Position numbers and translations under genes: made by a program
From: an uncultured bacterium
Lineage (GTDB): Bacteria > Chloroflexota > UBA5177 > JANWHV01
Length of the DNA: 64,000 bases
Assembly: GCA_963827235.1 (NCBI GenBank)
Contig: CAWHAE010000018.1
Coordinates: forward strand, 320,001-384,000
Reading direction: 5' to 3'
Shown here: one piece after another, positions 48,003-58,264 of the stretch
How positions within the stretch are numbered: position 1 is the first letter of the stretch
Layout of the letters: each line of letters begins with the position of its first letter
Notes under the pieces: model-generated
Databases searched by the model: none
Told to the model about the DNA's origin: nothing
What the model saw: only the letters and a program-made list of their open reading frames with translations

Positions 48003-48962
48003 TCAGGACGGCCGGGCGGACAACCGCGATCCGGACGTCTCCAGCGCGTCGCGATAGGAGCGAGGGCTGATGCCGAAGTGGTAGTGAAACTGGCGGCTGA
48101 AGTAGTACAGCGACGAGTACCCGAGCTGCTCCGCCACGGCACCAATCGAGAGGTCCGTCGCCTCCAGAAGGAGCGCGGCACGGCGCATGCGCAGATTGAG
48201 CAACGTGTAGCCGATCGTCTCGCCCGTCTCGTGCTTGAACAGGTGCGCCAGGCGCGATGGCGAGAGCAGGACCGCGCGAGCGAGGTCGTGCACGTCGTGT
48301 TTGCCGTTCGGGTCACTCGCCAGAATGTCCAGGACGTGCTGCACTCTCGAGTCCAGCGTCCGTGGACTTTGCAGACTCGTCTCGCGCATCCCGAGCAGAA
48401 GCACTTCTTCCAGGCCGGATAGCGCCAGCTCGAGCTGAATGGCGTCCAGCTCGGGAAGGTACTCGTGATACGGATCGGGCTCGGGCGCCCTGCGTACGAA
48501 GTCCTTGGGCAGACCCATGGCATCGCACACGTCGCCGTGCAACCGCAGCATCGCCCTGCGCGCTCGCTGGAACGCCCCGGGCGATCGGAAGCGGAGCGCA
48601 AACAGCCCGTCGCCCATCTCGGGCAGCCGCAGCCAGGTGAGCCAGGCAGGACGGGGGTTGAAGTGCGCCCAGATCAGCTCCCACGTGCGTCCCCCGGCCA
48701 GCACGCCGTAGTCGTGAGCGGTGCGAGGACTCAGGAGTACCAGGTCGCCCGGTTCCGCCCGTCGCTCGGTCCGTGCCTGCCGGTAGTAACCCTGGCCGCG
48801 CAGGGTCAACGAAGCGTACCAATTCGGCGAGCCCTGCGGACGAACCACGTGGTACGCCGGACCTGCCCTGAAATGTCCGGTCACCAGCAGGTGCGGCGGA
48901 GGCGAGGCTCCGAGCTCGAACCTGGTAGCGATATTGTGCAATTTCACGGCCGAGACCGGCAT
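48003..48962 (-). CDS. AraC family transcriptional regulator
   Basis: N-terminal cupin (AHDYG, WAHF); C-terminal LSPSRLAHLFK..GYSSLYYFSRQF..SPRSYR; exact start uncertain. Confidence 0.92.
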   Translation of the reverse strand: MPVSAVKLHNIATRFELGASPPPHLLVTGHFRAGPAYHVVRPQGSPNWYASLTLRGQGYYRQARTERRAEPGDLVLLSPRTAHDYGVLAGGRTWELIWAHFNPRPAWLTWLRLPEMGDGLFALRFRSPGAFQRARRAMLRLHGDVCDAMGLPKDFVRRAPEPDPYHEYLPELDAIQLELALSGLEEVLLLGMRETSLQSPRTLDSRVQHVLDILASDPNGKHDVHDLARAVLLSPSRLAHLFKHETGETIGYTLLNLRMRRAALLLEATDLSIGAVAEQLGYSSLYYFSRQFHYHFGISPRSYRDALETSGSRLSARPS

Positions 48963-48991
48963 TTACCCGGCGATCGGGCGACACCTATACT
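48926..48991 (+). promoter_or_regulatory. Putative AraC-activated promoter of the GH42 gene
   Basis: TAGCGATATTGTGCAA, 20 bp, TTTACC, 18 bp, TATACT. Confidence 0.75.
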
Positions 48992-49106
48992 GTACGTCAC
49001 CGGCTTCCACGGGAGCGACTACCGACACTCAACTCGCTAGCTAGATGGTATCGCACCGGCGAGAGCATGCACGACACGCCATGGAGCATGATCGAAGGAG
49101 AAGCAG

Positions 49107-51182
49107 ATGCCAGAGCCCCCGGCACGCGACCGTCGCGACGCCGCGTCGTTCATTGCCGCCGAGGTCGGCGCGCCCCTGTACGGCGGCGACTACAACCCGG
49201 AGCAGTGGGGCGCCGCACAGGGATACGAGGGCGATTCCGTCTGGCGCGACGACATGCGCCTGATGCGGATCGCCGGAGTCAACGCCCTCTCCGTCGGCAT
49301 ATTCAGCTGGGTCGCGCTGCAGCCGTCCGAGTCCGTCTACACCTTCGACTGGCTGGACCGCGTCCTGTCGCTGCTGGCCGAAAACGGGATGCATGCGTGC
49401 CTGGCCACGCCCACCGCCGCTCAGCCGGCATGGCTCTCCGCCTCCTATCCGGACGCCCTGCCGGTAGACGTGTCCGGGATCCGGCGCGAGCATGGCGGCC
49501 GGCAGAACTACTGCCCAACCAGCCCGGATTTCCGCCGCCTCGGCCAGAGCCTGGTCCGGCGTCTCGCCGAGCGCTATCGCGATCACCCGGCGCTGCTGCT
49601 CTGGCACATCAGCAACGAGTACGGCCCCTATTGCTACTGCCCTCGCTGCGCCGCCCGCTTTCGGGACTGGCTGCGCGCACGCTACGGCAGCCTCGAGGAG
49701 CTGAACCGCCGCTGGGTGAGCGCGTTCTGGAGCCACACCTACACGGACTGGGAGCAGATCGCGCCGCCCACCACACGCGGCGAACAGGGCATGCAGGGCC
49801 TCGTGCTCGACTACCGGCGCTTCATGTCCGAGATGAATCTCGAGTGCTATCGCGCCGAGGTCGACATACTGCGCGACGTGACGCCCGCCATACCGGTCAC
49901 CACGAACCTCATGGGTGCGTTCAAGCCGCTCGACTACTACGCCTGGGCGCCGTACCTGGACGTCGTGTCCTGGGACTCCTATCCGCGGCTGGAAGATCAT
50001 CCCGCCTCGATCGCCTTCCGCCACGACCTGATGCGGGGCCTCAAGGCCGGTGCCCCCTGGCTGCTGATCGAGCAGACGCCCAGCCAGGTGCAGTGGACGC
50101 CGCACAACCCGCTCAAGCGCCCGGGAATGATGCGACTGCTCTCGTACCAGGCCGTCGCCCATGGCGCGGATGGCGTGATGTTCTTCCAGTGGCGACAGTC
50201 GCGCGGCGCCTCGGAGATGTTCCACGGCGCCGTCGTCAGCCATTCCGGGCGCCGGGACACGCGCGTCTTCCGCGACGTGGAGAGCCTGGGCGCCGAGCTG
50301 CGGCACCTGGGCACCGCCTTCCTCGGCACGCGCGTTCGCGCCCGCGTCGCACTGATCTTCTCGTGGCCCAACTGGTGGAGCGTCGACTTCAGGCCCAGAC
50401 CGAGCTCGTCGCTGGACTACGTGGAGCAGGTACTGGCCTACTACCGCGCGCTCTGGGAGCAGAACGTGGCGGTGGACATCGTGGCGCCCGATCACGACCT
50501 CTCGGGCTACGACCTCGTGCTGGCGCCGCTGCTGCACATGATCACTAACGACCAGGCCGAGGCGATCGCGCACTACGTCGATGGCGGCGGCACCTTCCTG
50601 ACCACCTTCTTCAGCGGTGTGGTGGACGAAGACAACCGGGCGTGGCTCGGCGGCTATCCGGGCCCGCTGCGCAAGACGCTGGGCATCTGGGTCGAAGAAT
50701 TCGACCCCCTCGAACCGTACATGTCCAACCACCTCGTAGTGCCGAAGCGCGGCGATGTGCCGGCCGGCACTTACGCCTGCGACGTCTGGTGCGACCTGCT
50801 GCACCTGGAAGGTGCCGCCGCGCTGGCCACCTACGGCGAAGACTTCTACGCCGGGCGTCCCGCGGTGACGGAGCACCTTTACGGGCGCGGCCGAGCGCTC
50901 TACGTCGGCACGAGACCTGAGCCGGCCTTCCTTACGGCGATCCTGGCCAGGCTGCTCGACGACACGGGCGTCCGGCCTCCCCTGGAGGCGCCCGACGGCG
51001 TGGAGGTGACCCGCCGCGAGGACCAGCGCGGAGCCTTCCTCTTTGTGCTTAACCACACCGACCACCCGGCGGCGCTGCCGCTGACCGGCCCATACCGTGA
51101 CCTGCTGACCGGCTGCCTGCACGAGAACGATCTGCTCGAGCTGGAGCCGTGCGGGGTGGCCATCCTTGCGGAGCGCGGATAG
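49107..51182 (+). CDS. GH42 beta-galactosidase
   Basis: YGGDYNPEQW, GIFSW, WHISNEY, CYCPRC, LIEQ, FFQWR..EMFHGA. Confidence 0.95.
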   Translation: MPEPPARDRRDAASFIAAEVGAPLYGGDYNPEQWGAAQGYEGDSVWRDDMRLMRIAGVNALSVGIFSWVALQPSESVYTFDWLDRVLSLLAENGMHACLATPTAAQPAWLSASYPDALPVDVSGIRREHGGRQNYCPTSPDFRRLGQSLVRRLAERYRDHPALLLWHISNEYGPYCYCPRCAARFRDWLRARYGSLEELNRRWVSAFWSHTYTDWEQIAPPTTRGEQGMQGLVLDYRRFMSEMNLECYRAEVDILRDVTPAIPVTTNLMGAFKPLDYYAWAPYLDVVSWDSYPRLEDHPASIAFRHDLMRGLKAGAPWLLIEQTPSQVQWTPHNPLKRPGMMRLLSYQAVAHGADGVMFFQWRQSRGASEMFHGAVVSHSGRRDTRVFRDVESLGAELRHLGTAFLGTRVRARVALIFSWPNWWSVDFRPRPSSSLDYVEQVLAYYRALWEQNVAVDIVAPDHDLSGYDLVLAPLLHMITNDQAEAIAHYVDGGGTFLTTFFSGVVDEDNRAWLGGYPGPLRKTLGIWVEEFDPLEPYMSNHLVVPKRGDVPAGTYACDVWCDLLHLEGAAALATYGEDFYAGRPAVTEHLYGRGRALYVGTRPEPAFLTAILARLLDDTGVRPPLEAPDGVEVTRREDQRGAFLFVLNHTDHPAALPLTGPYRDLLTGCLHENDLLELEPCGVAILAERG

Positions 51183-51289
51183 CCTGGCTGCCCAGAGATG
51201 CCGCCAGATCCTTCCGCGCCGGACCTGGCGGCATAGACTGCCGCGCGGCAGGAATCACATGGTCGGGAAGGTACGTCCAGCCAGGAAGA

Positions 51290-52877
51290 CTACACCGCGC
51301 GCGCGTCTACCCATTCTGGTGACGCCGCTTGCGGCTCGGCGACGTTCGCGCGGCCGACCGGGAGGGCCGCCAGCAGCATGACGGCGAGCACGACTGCCAC
51401 CACGCGGGCTGTGTCGTCGAACGCCGTGACAAAGGTGCCGTGCGTGGCCCGTTGTATGTAGCCGGCGATCTGGGTCGGCAGCCCGGGAAGGAGACGTCCT
51501 GCAGCATCGACGTTGGCGCCGGCAGAAGGCAATAGGCGCGCAGAGATGCCGGCCGGCACACCGGCGTGGGCCAGCGCACCGGGCAGCGCATCGCCGTAGC
51601 GATTGCTGAGCACCGAGCCGAAGAGGGCCACGCCGAGACTGCTGCCGACCTGGCGCAGTGCGCCGCTCGCTCCCGATGCCATGGTGGATAGCCGAGCGGG
51701 CACGGACTCCACGGCGCCCAGCACGGATTCCACCTGGGTGACGGCGCACCCCATACCGGTCAGGAGCAAGCCCGCGATCAGTACCGTCCAGTCGTCCGCC
51801 GGTGTAAGCCGGGTCAACAGGAGTACGCCGCAGGCAAAGAGGCCGAATCCCGCACTGTAGAGCACACGAGGGCCGAGTCGAGAGGCAAGCCGGCCCGCCA
51901 GTGGGCCGACCAGTACGAAGCCCACCATCAACGGCATGTAGCGGAGGCCGGTATCCAGGGCACCGTAGCCCAACGGGCCTTCCAGCAGCAGGGAGAGCAT
52001 GAAGAGAAAGCCGCCGAACGCGGCGTTGGTGACCAGAGTGGCCAGCATGGCGACGTCGAACGCCGGTATGCGGAAGGGCGAGAGGTCCATCAGCGGCTCG
52101 CGCCCTTGTCGCATGGTGCGCAGCTCGACCAGAACAAAGAGGGCCAGGCTCGCCGCCGCACCCGCGAAGCTGGCCAGGGTACGGCCGCTGGTCCAATGCC
52201 ACTCCTGCCCCTTGATCAGCCCGAGAACGAGCAGGAAGAGCGCGGCGACGCTGCACGCGGCCCCGGCGACGTCCAGATGCGGATGATTCTGTCTCCTGGC
52301 GGGATTCATGGGCGAACACTACGACGCCCGCGAATCCGACCAGGCCCATCACCACGTTGAGCCAGAACAGCGACTGCCAGTGGAAATGCTGTGTCAGCCA
52401 GCCGCCTATCACGGGACCCAGGACCATGCCGACAGTGGACAGGCCGGTGAGCCCGATTGCCAGCTCCAGCTCAGTACCCACGAAGGTCACGGTAATGATG
52501 GCGAGTGCCACCGGTATGATGATCGCGCTCCCCAGCCCCATCACGGCGCGTCCGGCTATCATCGCCGGAACGCCGCCGGCGAACGCACAGACCAGCGAGC
52601 CCAGCACGAAGCCGGCCACGCCGACCAGGAATATCCGTTCTCGTCCGTAAAGGTCGCCCACCTTGACGGCCAGGATGGTCAGGCTGGCAGCCACAAGCGT
52701 GTAGGAGGCCGAAATCCACTGCAAGTCGGAGAACGACGCGGACAGACTGGTGGCGATCTGGGGCAGCGCCACGTTGATGGCCGTGATACCCATGATGGCC
52801 GCGAGCTGCACGAGCAGCAGGGCGCCGAGCGTATACCAGCGGCGCGATTCGGCAGCCGCGATCGAAGAGGTTGTCAC
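51290..52877 (-). pseudogene. DHA2 (EmrB/QacA-like) MFS efflux transporter, frameshifted near 52290
   Basis: N-half (NVALP, LQW, GDLYGR, GPVIGG) in ORF 51255-52877; C-half (LDVAG, EPLMDL, RQVGSSLGVA) in ORF 51290-52309. Confidence 0.85.
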
Positions 52878-52964
52878 AAAGGGAACTCCAATCAGCGATT
52901 CTCGGGTGTCGCGGCGAGTCCGGCCGCGCGAGCAGGCTCGCCGGCGAGACCGCCGGGTTGAGAT

Positions 52965-53591
52965 TCAGCGAGTGGCCGGTGGCGGAAGCAGACCGGTGAA
53001 CAGCACGTCGAGCAGCTCCAGGGGGCTCGGGCGCAGGCTGCTCGGCAGCATGGCGCTGAACCGCGTGTGCGACGCCATGAGAACGAACACGGCAGCTGCC
53101 GCTGCCACCGGGGAAACGCCCGGCACGAAGTCGCCGGAGCGCTGCGCTTCTTCGACGAGCTCCGCCACGCAACGTACCGTCTGCTCCAGGTGTTCGCCGA
53201 GCTCGGCGTGGCGCGCCAGAACCTGCGACAGCTCCGACGTCTCGCTTCCCTGCATGATCCGTGTCCAGGCGGAATGCCCTCCGGAGACGGCGTTGCCGAC
53301 GAAGATCAAGCGGTCGCGCGCCGACAGATCGTCTCGGAGGCGAATCTCCTGCAGTCGCTCGTTGAACTTCGTCATGCCGCGCACCATGACCGCGACGAGC
53401 AGGTCCTCTTTGGTGGGAAAGTAGAGGTAGAGGGTACCCTTCGCCACTCCCACGCGGTCGGCAAGGCGCTCCATCACGAAGTCGGCATATCCCGCCTCGT
53501 CGATCAGCCGCCCAGCCTCTGCCACGATCAGTTCTTCGCGCTCGCGCCGTTGGCGCTCCCGCAGTCTCGTAGCCTCTGCCGGCATATGCAC
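52965..53591 (-). CDS. TetR/AcrR family regulator
   Basis: LADRVGVAKGTLYLYFPTKEDL. Confidence 0.9.
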   Translation of the reverse strand: MHMPAEATRLRERQRREREELIVAEAGRLIDEAGYADFVMERLADRVGVAKGTLYLYFPTKEDLLVAVMVRGMTKFNERLQEIRLRDDLSARDRLIFVGNAVSGGHSAWTRIMQGSETSELSQVLARHAELGEHLEQTVRCVAELVEEAQRSGDFVPGVSPVAAAAAVFVLMASHTRFSAMLPSSLRPSPLELLDVLFTGLLPPPATR

Positions 53592-53832
53592 GTCTCTCCC
53601 GGATCCGCCCGACCAGACGACTGTGACCGATCAGACATTTTTATGACTCTATAGTCAGAGTATAGTGGCCCGGCCATGCGTATTCAAGTAGGAAACATGG
53701 TCCCTCCCCGTCGGCGGCTCTCCACGCGGTTGGCAGGAGCGTGGTCTCCGCGACTTGGAGAAATGGCTGAGCCTGCCCGGCACCCGTGTGCAGGTGCCGG
53801 GCAGGCTCAGCGCAATTGGCCGCTAGCCGCGC

Positions 53833-54741
53833 TCAGTTCGTGGTGCGCAGCCGGTACAGCTTCGAGGCAATCGGCACGCAGACCACCAGGATGGCGACGG
53901 ACCAGGCCAGTGCGATCCAGATCGGATGCTGCATGGACCAGGCGCCACTGGCTGCCGACGGGTTGGGATTGCCCCAAAGGTTGCGGCAGGCGGCCGTCAC
54001 GGAGCTGACCGGGTTCCAGTCGGCCAGCGTGCGCAGCCAGGCCGGCATGCCGTGCGTGGGAACGAGCGCGTTGGATACGAACGACAGCGGGAAGAGCACT
54101 AGAAAGCCGAAGCTCTGCGCGGTCTCCACGCCTTTGGCCCAGAGTCCCACGCAGGCGCCCAGCCATGACAGCGCGTAGGCGAACAGCAGCGCCACCCCGA
54201 ACCCGGCGACGAGGCCGCCGATCCCGTTGTCCGGCCGCCAGCCGACCACCAGGCCGCTTGCGGCCACGATCAGCGTGCAAATGCCGGCTGTCAGCACGTC
54301 CGTGATCGAGCGCCCGACCAGCACCGCCCCCGGCCACATGGGCAGGGTGCGCAGCCGGTCGATGATGCCCGTGCCGAGATCGGCGGTCAGGCCGACCGCC
54401 GTGCCCATGCTGGAGGTCGTGAGATTCAGCAGCAGCAAGCCGGCGATCGCGAAGCTGGCGTAGCTGCCGCCGGAGATCGGGATGCCGGAGCCGAACACGT
54501 AGACGAATAGCAGCGTGAAGAGCACCGGCTGAATCGTCACGTCGGAGAGCTGCATCGGCTCGCGAGCGATGTGGATCAGGTTCCGCTTGGTCACGACGTA
54601 GACATCGTGCAACGCCCCGGCGATACGGGACGCCAGGGCCGGAACGGCATCGCTGCCCGGGCGGATGTCGCCGGTCATGGATCCACCCTCCACGGTGTCG
54701 ACCTCCGGCCCGTAGTCCTGTGCGACCCGGTCGATCATCAT
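53833..54741 (-). CDS. DrrB-like ABC-2 permease
   Basis: QPVLFTLLF..FG, GIIDRLRTLP, MPAWL..WNP. Confidence 0.9.
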   Translation of the reverse strand: MMIDRVAQDYGPEVDTVEGGSMTGDIRPGSDAVPALASRIAGALHDVYVVTKRNLIHIAREPMQLSDVTIQPVLFTLLFVYVFGSGIPISGGSYASFAIAGLLLLNLTTSSMGTAVGLTADLGTGIIDRLRTLPMWPGAVLVGRSITDVLTAGICTLIVAASGLVVGWRPDNGIGGLVAGFGVALLFAYALSWLGACVGLWAKGVETAQSFGFLVLFPLSFVSNALVPTHGMPAWLRTLADWNPVSSVTAACRNLWGNPNPSAASGAWSMQHPIWIALAWSVAILVVCVPIASKLYRLRTTN

Positions 54742-55733
54742 TTCACCTCCTTCAGCGCGGGCATGTTGGCGCCCAGGCCGTCGGGCGACCCGGTCGCGGC
54801 CTGCCCGGTTGTGCCGGTAAGCCGCAAGAAGACATCGTCGAGCGTGGGCTGGTGGACCGCCACGTCCTCCACGTCGATCCCCGCGTCGTCCAGCGCCCTC
54901 ACGACGCGCATCACCAGCCCGGCCGTACGGCTCACCGCCGCGCCCAGGTGCCGGCCATCATCCTTTGCCTCGATTGGCCCATCGACGAGCGCGCGCAGTG
55001 CGTCGGCAGCAGCGGCGCTGGGCGCCGGCAGCGTCACTTCCAGCCGCCCGCCGCCGGTGACTCGCTTCAGCTCGGCCGGCGTGCCCTCGGCGATCAGCCG
55101 GCCGTGGTCGATCACCGCAATGCGGTCCGCGAGCTGATCCGCCTCGTCCAGGTACTGCGTGGTGAGCAGGACGGTCACCCCGTCGGCCACCAGGCCGCGG
55201 ATTACCGACCATAGCCGGTAGCGGCTCGTGGGGTCGAGGCCGGTCGTCGGCTCGTCCAGGAAGAGGACCGGCGGATGGGTCATCAGGCTGGCCGCCAGGT
55301 CGAGGCGCCGCCGCATGCCGCCCGAATAGGTCTGCAGCGGCCGGCCGGCGGCCCCGGTCAGCTCGAAGGTACCTAGGAGCTCGTCGGCGCGACCTCGCGC
55401 GTCTCGGGGCCGCATGCGGCCCAGCTCGCCCACCATGCGCAGGTTCTGGCGGCCGGTGAGCTTCTCGTCCAGCGTGGCGGATTGCGCCGTGACGCCGATG
55501 CAGCGGCGCACGGCCGCCGGGTCGCGGACCACGTCGTGGCCGGCCACGCGCGCGCTCCCGGCGTCCGGCCGCGATAGGGTGGTCAGAATGCGCAGAGCCG
55601 TGGTCTTGCCGGCGCCGTTGGGTCCTAGCACGCCCAGGACCGAGCCGGTGCGCGCCGCCAGGTCGACGCCGTCCAGGGCCTGGGTGCTGCCAAATCGCTT
55701 CGAGAGGCCCGCGGCCTCCAGCATGTACTCCAT
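54738..55733 (-). CDS. DrrA-like ABC ATP-binding protein
   Basis: GPNGAGKTT, YSGGMRRRLDLA, LTTQYLDEAD, PTLDDVFL. Confidence 0.93.
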   Translation of the reverse strand: MEYMLEAAGLSKRFGSTQALDGVDLAARTGSVLGVLGPNGAGKTTALRILTTLSRPDAGSARVAGHDVVRDPAAVRRCIGVTAQSATLDEKLTGRQNLRMVGELGRMRPRDARGRADELLGTFELTGAAGRPLQTYSGGMRRRLDLAASLMTHPPVLFLDEPTTGLDPTSRYRLWSVIRGLVADGVTVLLTTQYLDEADQLADRIAVIDHGRLIAEGTPAELKRVTGGGRLEVTLPAPSAAAADALRALVDGPIEAKDDGRHLGAAVSRTAGLVMRVVRALDDAGIDVEDVAVHQPTLDDVFLRLTGTTGQAATGSPDGLGANMPALKEVK

Positions 55734-55777
55734 GGTTGCTGCTCCGAATCTCAGCCGATACCTGACTCGTCGTACAA

Positions 55778-55843
55778 TTACCGACCGTCCGGTAAGTGGC
55801 TGACCTCATCATAGTTGCCTGCTTACCGGCTGTCAAGTAGAAT
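55778..55843. promoter_or_regulatory. Divergent TetR/drr control region with two related operator-like sites
   Basis: ttacc-N8-ggtaa (55778-55795) and cttaccggctgtcaagtag (55822-55840); TTGCCT, 17 bp, TAGAAT ending 7 bp before ATG 55851. Confidence 0.6.
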
Positions 55844-55850
55844 GAAGGTA

Positions 55851-56519
55851 ATGGTAAGGAAATATACACGCGCTGCCTCGACCGCGCAGCCGGTAGAGCC
55901 GGGCACAGCTCCCGCCGCGGAGCCGGCGCCTTCGTCTACCCGCGAGCGCATCCTCGACGTCGCCCTCGACCTCTTCGTACGCAAGGGATACGCGGAGACC
56001 TCGCTGCGGGAGATTGCCGCCGAGCTGGGCGTGTCCAAGGCGGCGCTCTACTACCACTTCGAGAGCAAGCAGGCTATCCTGCTGGCCCTCCATCTGCGCC
56101 TGCACAACCTCGGCAACGAGGTGTATCCGCTGCTTCAGGACCGGATGCAAGAAGGCGAGAGATGGGACATGCTTATCGACCTGCTGATTGGGCTGGCTCT
56201 GAAGAACCGCAGGCTCCTCGAGCTGAGCCTGCGCAACCAGAAGGCCCTGGCCGACCTGCACGAGGTCGAACGGCTCAAGGACCACGGCACGATGCACCCT
56301 CCGGATATTGAGTCGCGCTTCCTCGAGCTGCTGAACGACCCGACGGCATCGCTCGAGCAGCGAGTGCGCAGAATGGCATCGCTGGGCACGATCGCGGGCG
56401 TGCTGCTCGCCGCGGGATCCTTCAGCAACGAGACGGATGCCGAGCTGGAATCCGCTCTGCGCACCGTGACCGCCGATCTGCTCGGCACGCCCTCGCGCGA
56501 GGGCGCGAGCCGCGCCTGA
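55851..56519 (+). CDS. TetR/AcrR family regulator (possibly leaderless)
   Basis: TRERILDVALDLF..SLREIAAELGVSKAALYYHFESK. Confidence 0.9.
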   Translation: MVRKYTRAASTAQPVEPGTAPAAEPAPSSTRERILDVALDLFVRKGYAETSLREIAAELGVSKAALYYHFESKQAILLALHLRLHNLGNEVYPLLQDRMQEGERWDMLIDLLIGLALKNRRLLELSLRNQKALADLHEVERLKDHGTMHPPDIESRFLELLNDPTASLEQRVRRMASLGTIAGVLLAAGSFSNETDAELESALRTVTADLLGTPSREGASRA

Positions 56520-56869
56520 CGCCGCCGGGGACCGCTGCCGAAGGCTCCGAAGATCCGGGCGCGCCTGATGCCTGTGACCGAGCTCTTCGGTCCGCCGCTC
56601 CTGGGACCGCCGGCATCTTACCCGCCCCCGTGGGTGCCAGGCATGGCTTCCATCGCCGTCGGTCAACACACCGCTGCGTCACAATACCCAATCGCGACCG
56701 GAAGCTCCCGGACTGTTGATCGTTACGGCGGGACGTGCTAGCGTTCAAGGCACGAATCTACCGCAGCTCACTCGCTGTACCGGCGGGCAGGTCTCGCAGG
56801 CTTGCCCGCCGCCCTTTCCGCCTCGTGAGCGTGCTGGGGCCCGCTGCCTTCGGCATGCCGACTCCTAGG

Positions 56870-57210
56870 GGTCTGGGGATGCTGGCCGTCCGGTGCCCGG
56901 CGCTGCAGGATGCGCCGGATGGATACTGCCATGTTGAGCCACGATCCACCCAGCGGGGTATACAGGGGCGCAATGCCCTGCGCGAACAGCCACAACACGA
57001 AGCTCGCGGTATGGAGCCCGGTCAGACTGTCCAGCACGAGGAGCAGCCGCACGACCGGCAATGCGGCGGGCAACGTGATTCTGCGGGTCAATCCTTCCTG
57101 CCAGCGGTCCCAGCAGCGGCGGTTGTCGTCCGGAGCAAGCTCGGTCGGCGTGGGCTGTGTGTCCAGGATGGCGGCCAGTTCGGCCTTGAGCCAGGGGTGC
57201 AGCCCGTCGG
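56870..57210 (-). mobile_element. Degenerate IS630-family transposase fragment
   Basis: [47 protein letters not shown] resembles the IS630 DDE core; no HTH or terminal repeats seen; boundaries approximate. Confidence 0.7.
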
Positions 57211-58074
57211 TCAACCCTCCCGCAGTCCCGCCCGTTCGTAGGCGCCGAGCAAGCTCTTCGACGCTGCCCGTGCTCGCTCCACGGGAAGCAGAGCCGCGAG
57301 TTTGGCGTCAAACGGCTCCGCCGCCACCGGTCCCTCGTAGTGCATTCGCTGCAGCGCCTGGAGGAATGCCGCGATATCGATCAGTCCGCTGGCGCCCGGC
57401 AACATGCGCTCCTGATCCAGTTGCTCGTCGACACCCCGCCCTGGAACCGCGTCGTTCACATGGACAGAGACGACGTCGGACGCTCGTAGCTGCGCCAGCT
57501 CGTCCACCGTGCCGTGAGACGTGTACCAGTGATAGCAATCGAGCAGTAACCCTGCGTTCTCCTTGCCGATGCGCCGGGCAAGCTGGAGACCGCCCACCAG
57601 GGTATTGATGAACTCATAGGCATGGCCGGCGCGCAATGTCTTGGGGCCGACAAACTCCACGCCAAATCGACAGCCATGATCGGCCAGAATCTGGCAGACC
57701 GGCTGCAGGCGGCTGACGTGGAACTCCATGTTGGCCTCGAAGTCCAGCGTGTCCGAGAAGGGCAGGATCCAGGTTGCGCACCAGGGGCTACCAATGGCCT
57801 CAGCGAGCTCGGCAAGCCGCGGCAGCCGTGCCAGGCTCTTCTCGAATGCCTCCTGGTCTCCCCGAAATGCCACCGGCAGACCCCATGCGCCGGGTCGCAC
57901 ACCGGCGGCGGCAAAGCGATCCTTCACGTCCTGTATCGACGTCTGGTCCGCCAGTTGCAGCAGCTCATCCATGGAGACATCTAGCCCGTCAAAGCCCGCA
58001 GCACGCGCCAATGCCAACCCTTCGTCCACGGAAGCCTGGATCTGCAGCGCGCCCGTATTCAGACTGGAGAACAT
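57211..58074 (-). CDS. Sugar phosphate isomerase/epimerase (xylose-isomerase-like TIM barrel)
   Basis: [30 protein letters not shown]. Confidence 0.88.
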   Translation of the reverse strand: MFSSLNTGALQIQASVDEGLALARAAGFDGLDVSMDELLQLADQTSIQDVKDRFAAAGVRPGAWGLPVAFRGDQEAFEKSLARLPRLAELAEAIGSPWCATWILPFSDTLDFEANMEFHVSRLQPVCQILADHGCRFGVEFVGPKTLRAGHAYEFINTLVGGLQLARRIGKENAGLLLDCYHWYTSHGTVDELAQLRASDVVSVHVNDAVPGRGVDEQLDQERMLPGASGLIDIAAFLQALQRMHYEGPVAAEPFDAKLAALLPVERARAASKSLLGAYERAGLREG

Positions 58075-58264
58075 TCTCGATCACCCTTCAATCGGCCTTA
58101 GTGCGATGAAGGCGGTGGTACTCTGGCTGCCGGGTCGCTTGCCGGCAGCACGCGAACCCCTCCGTCGCACATCCCATTCTCGCCTGATAGCTGGTGGGTC
58201 GCCTGCGCTGGAAGTCGCCTTTCTGGCGGCAGAGACAATGGCCATAAGCGTGACAAGTGATCCA

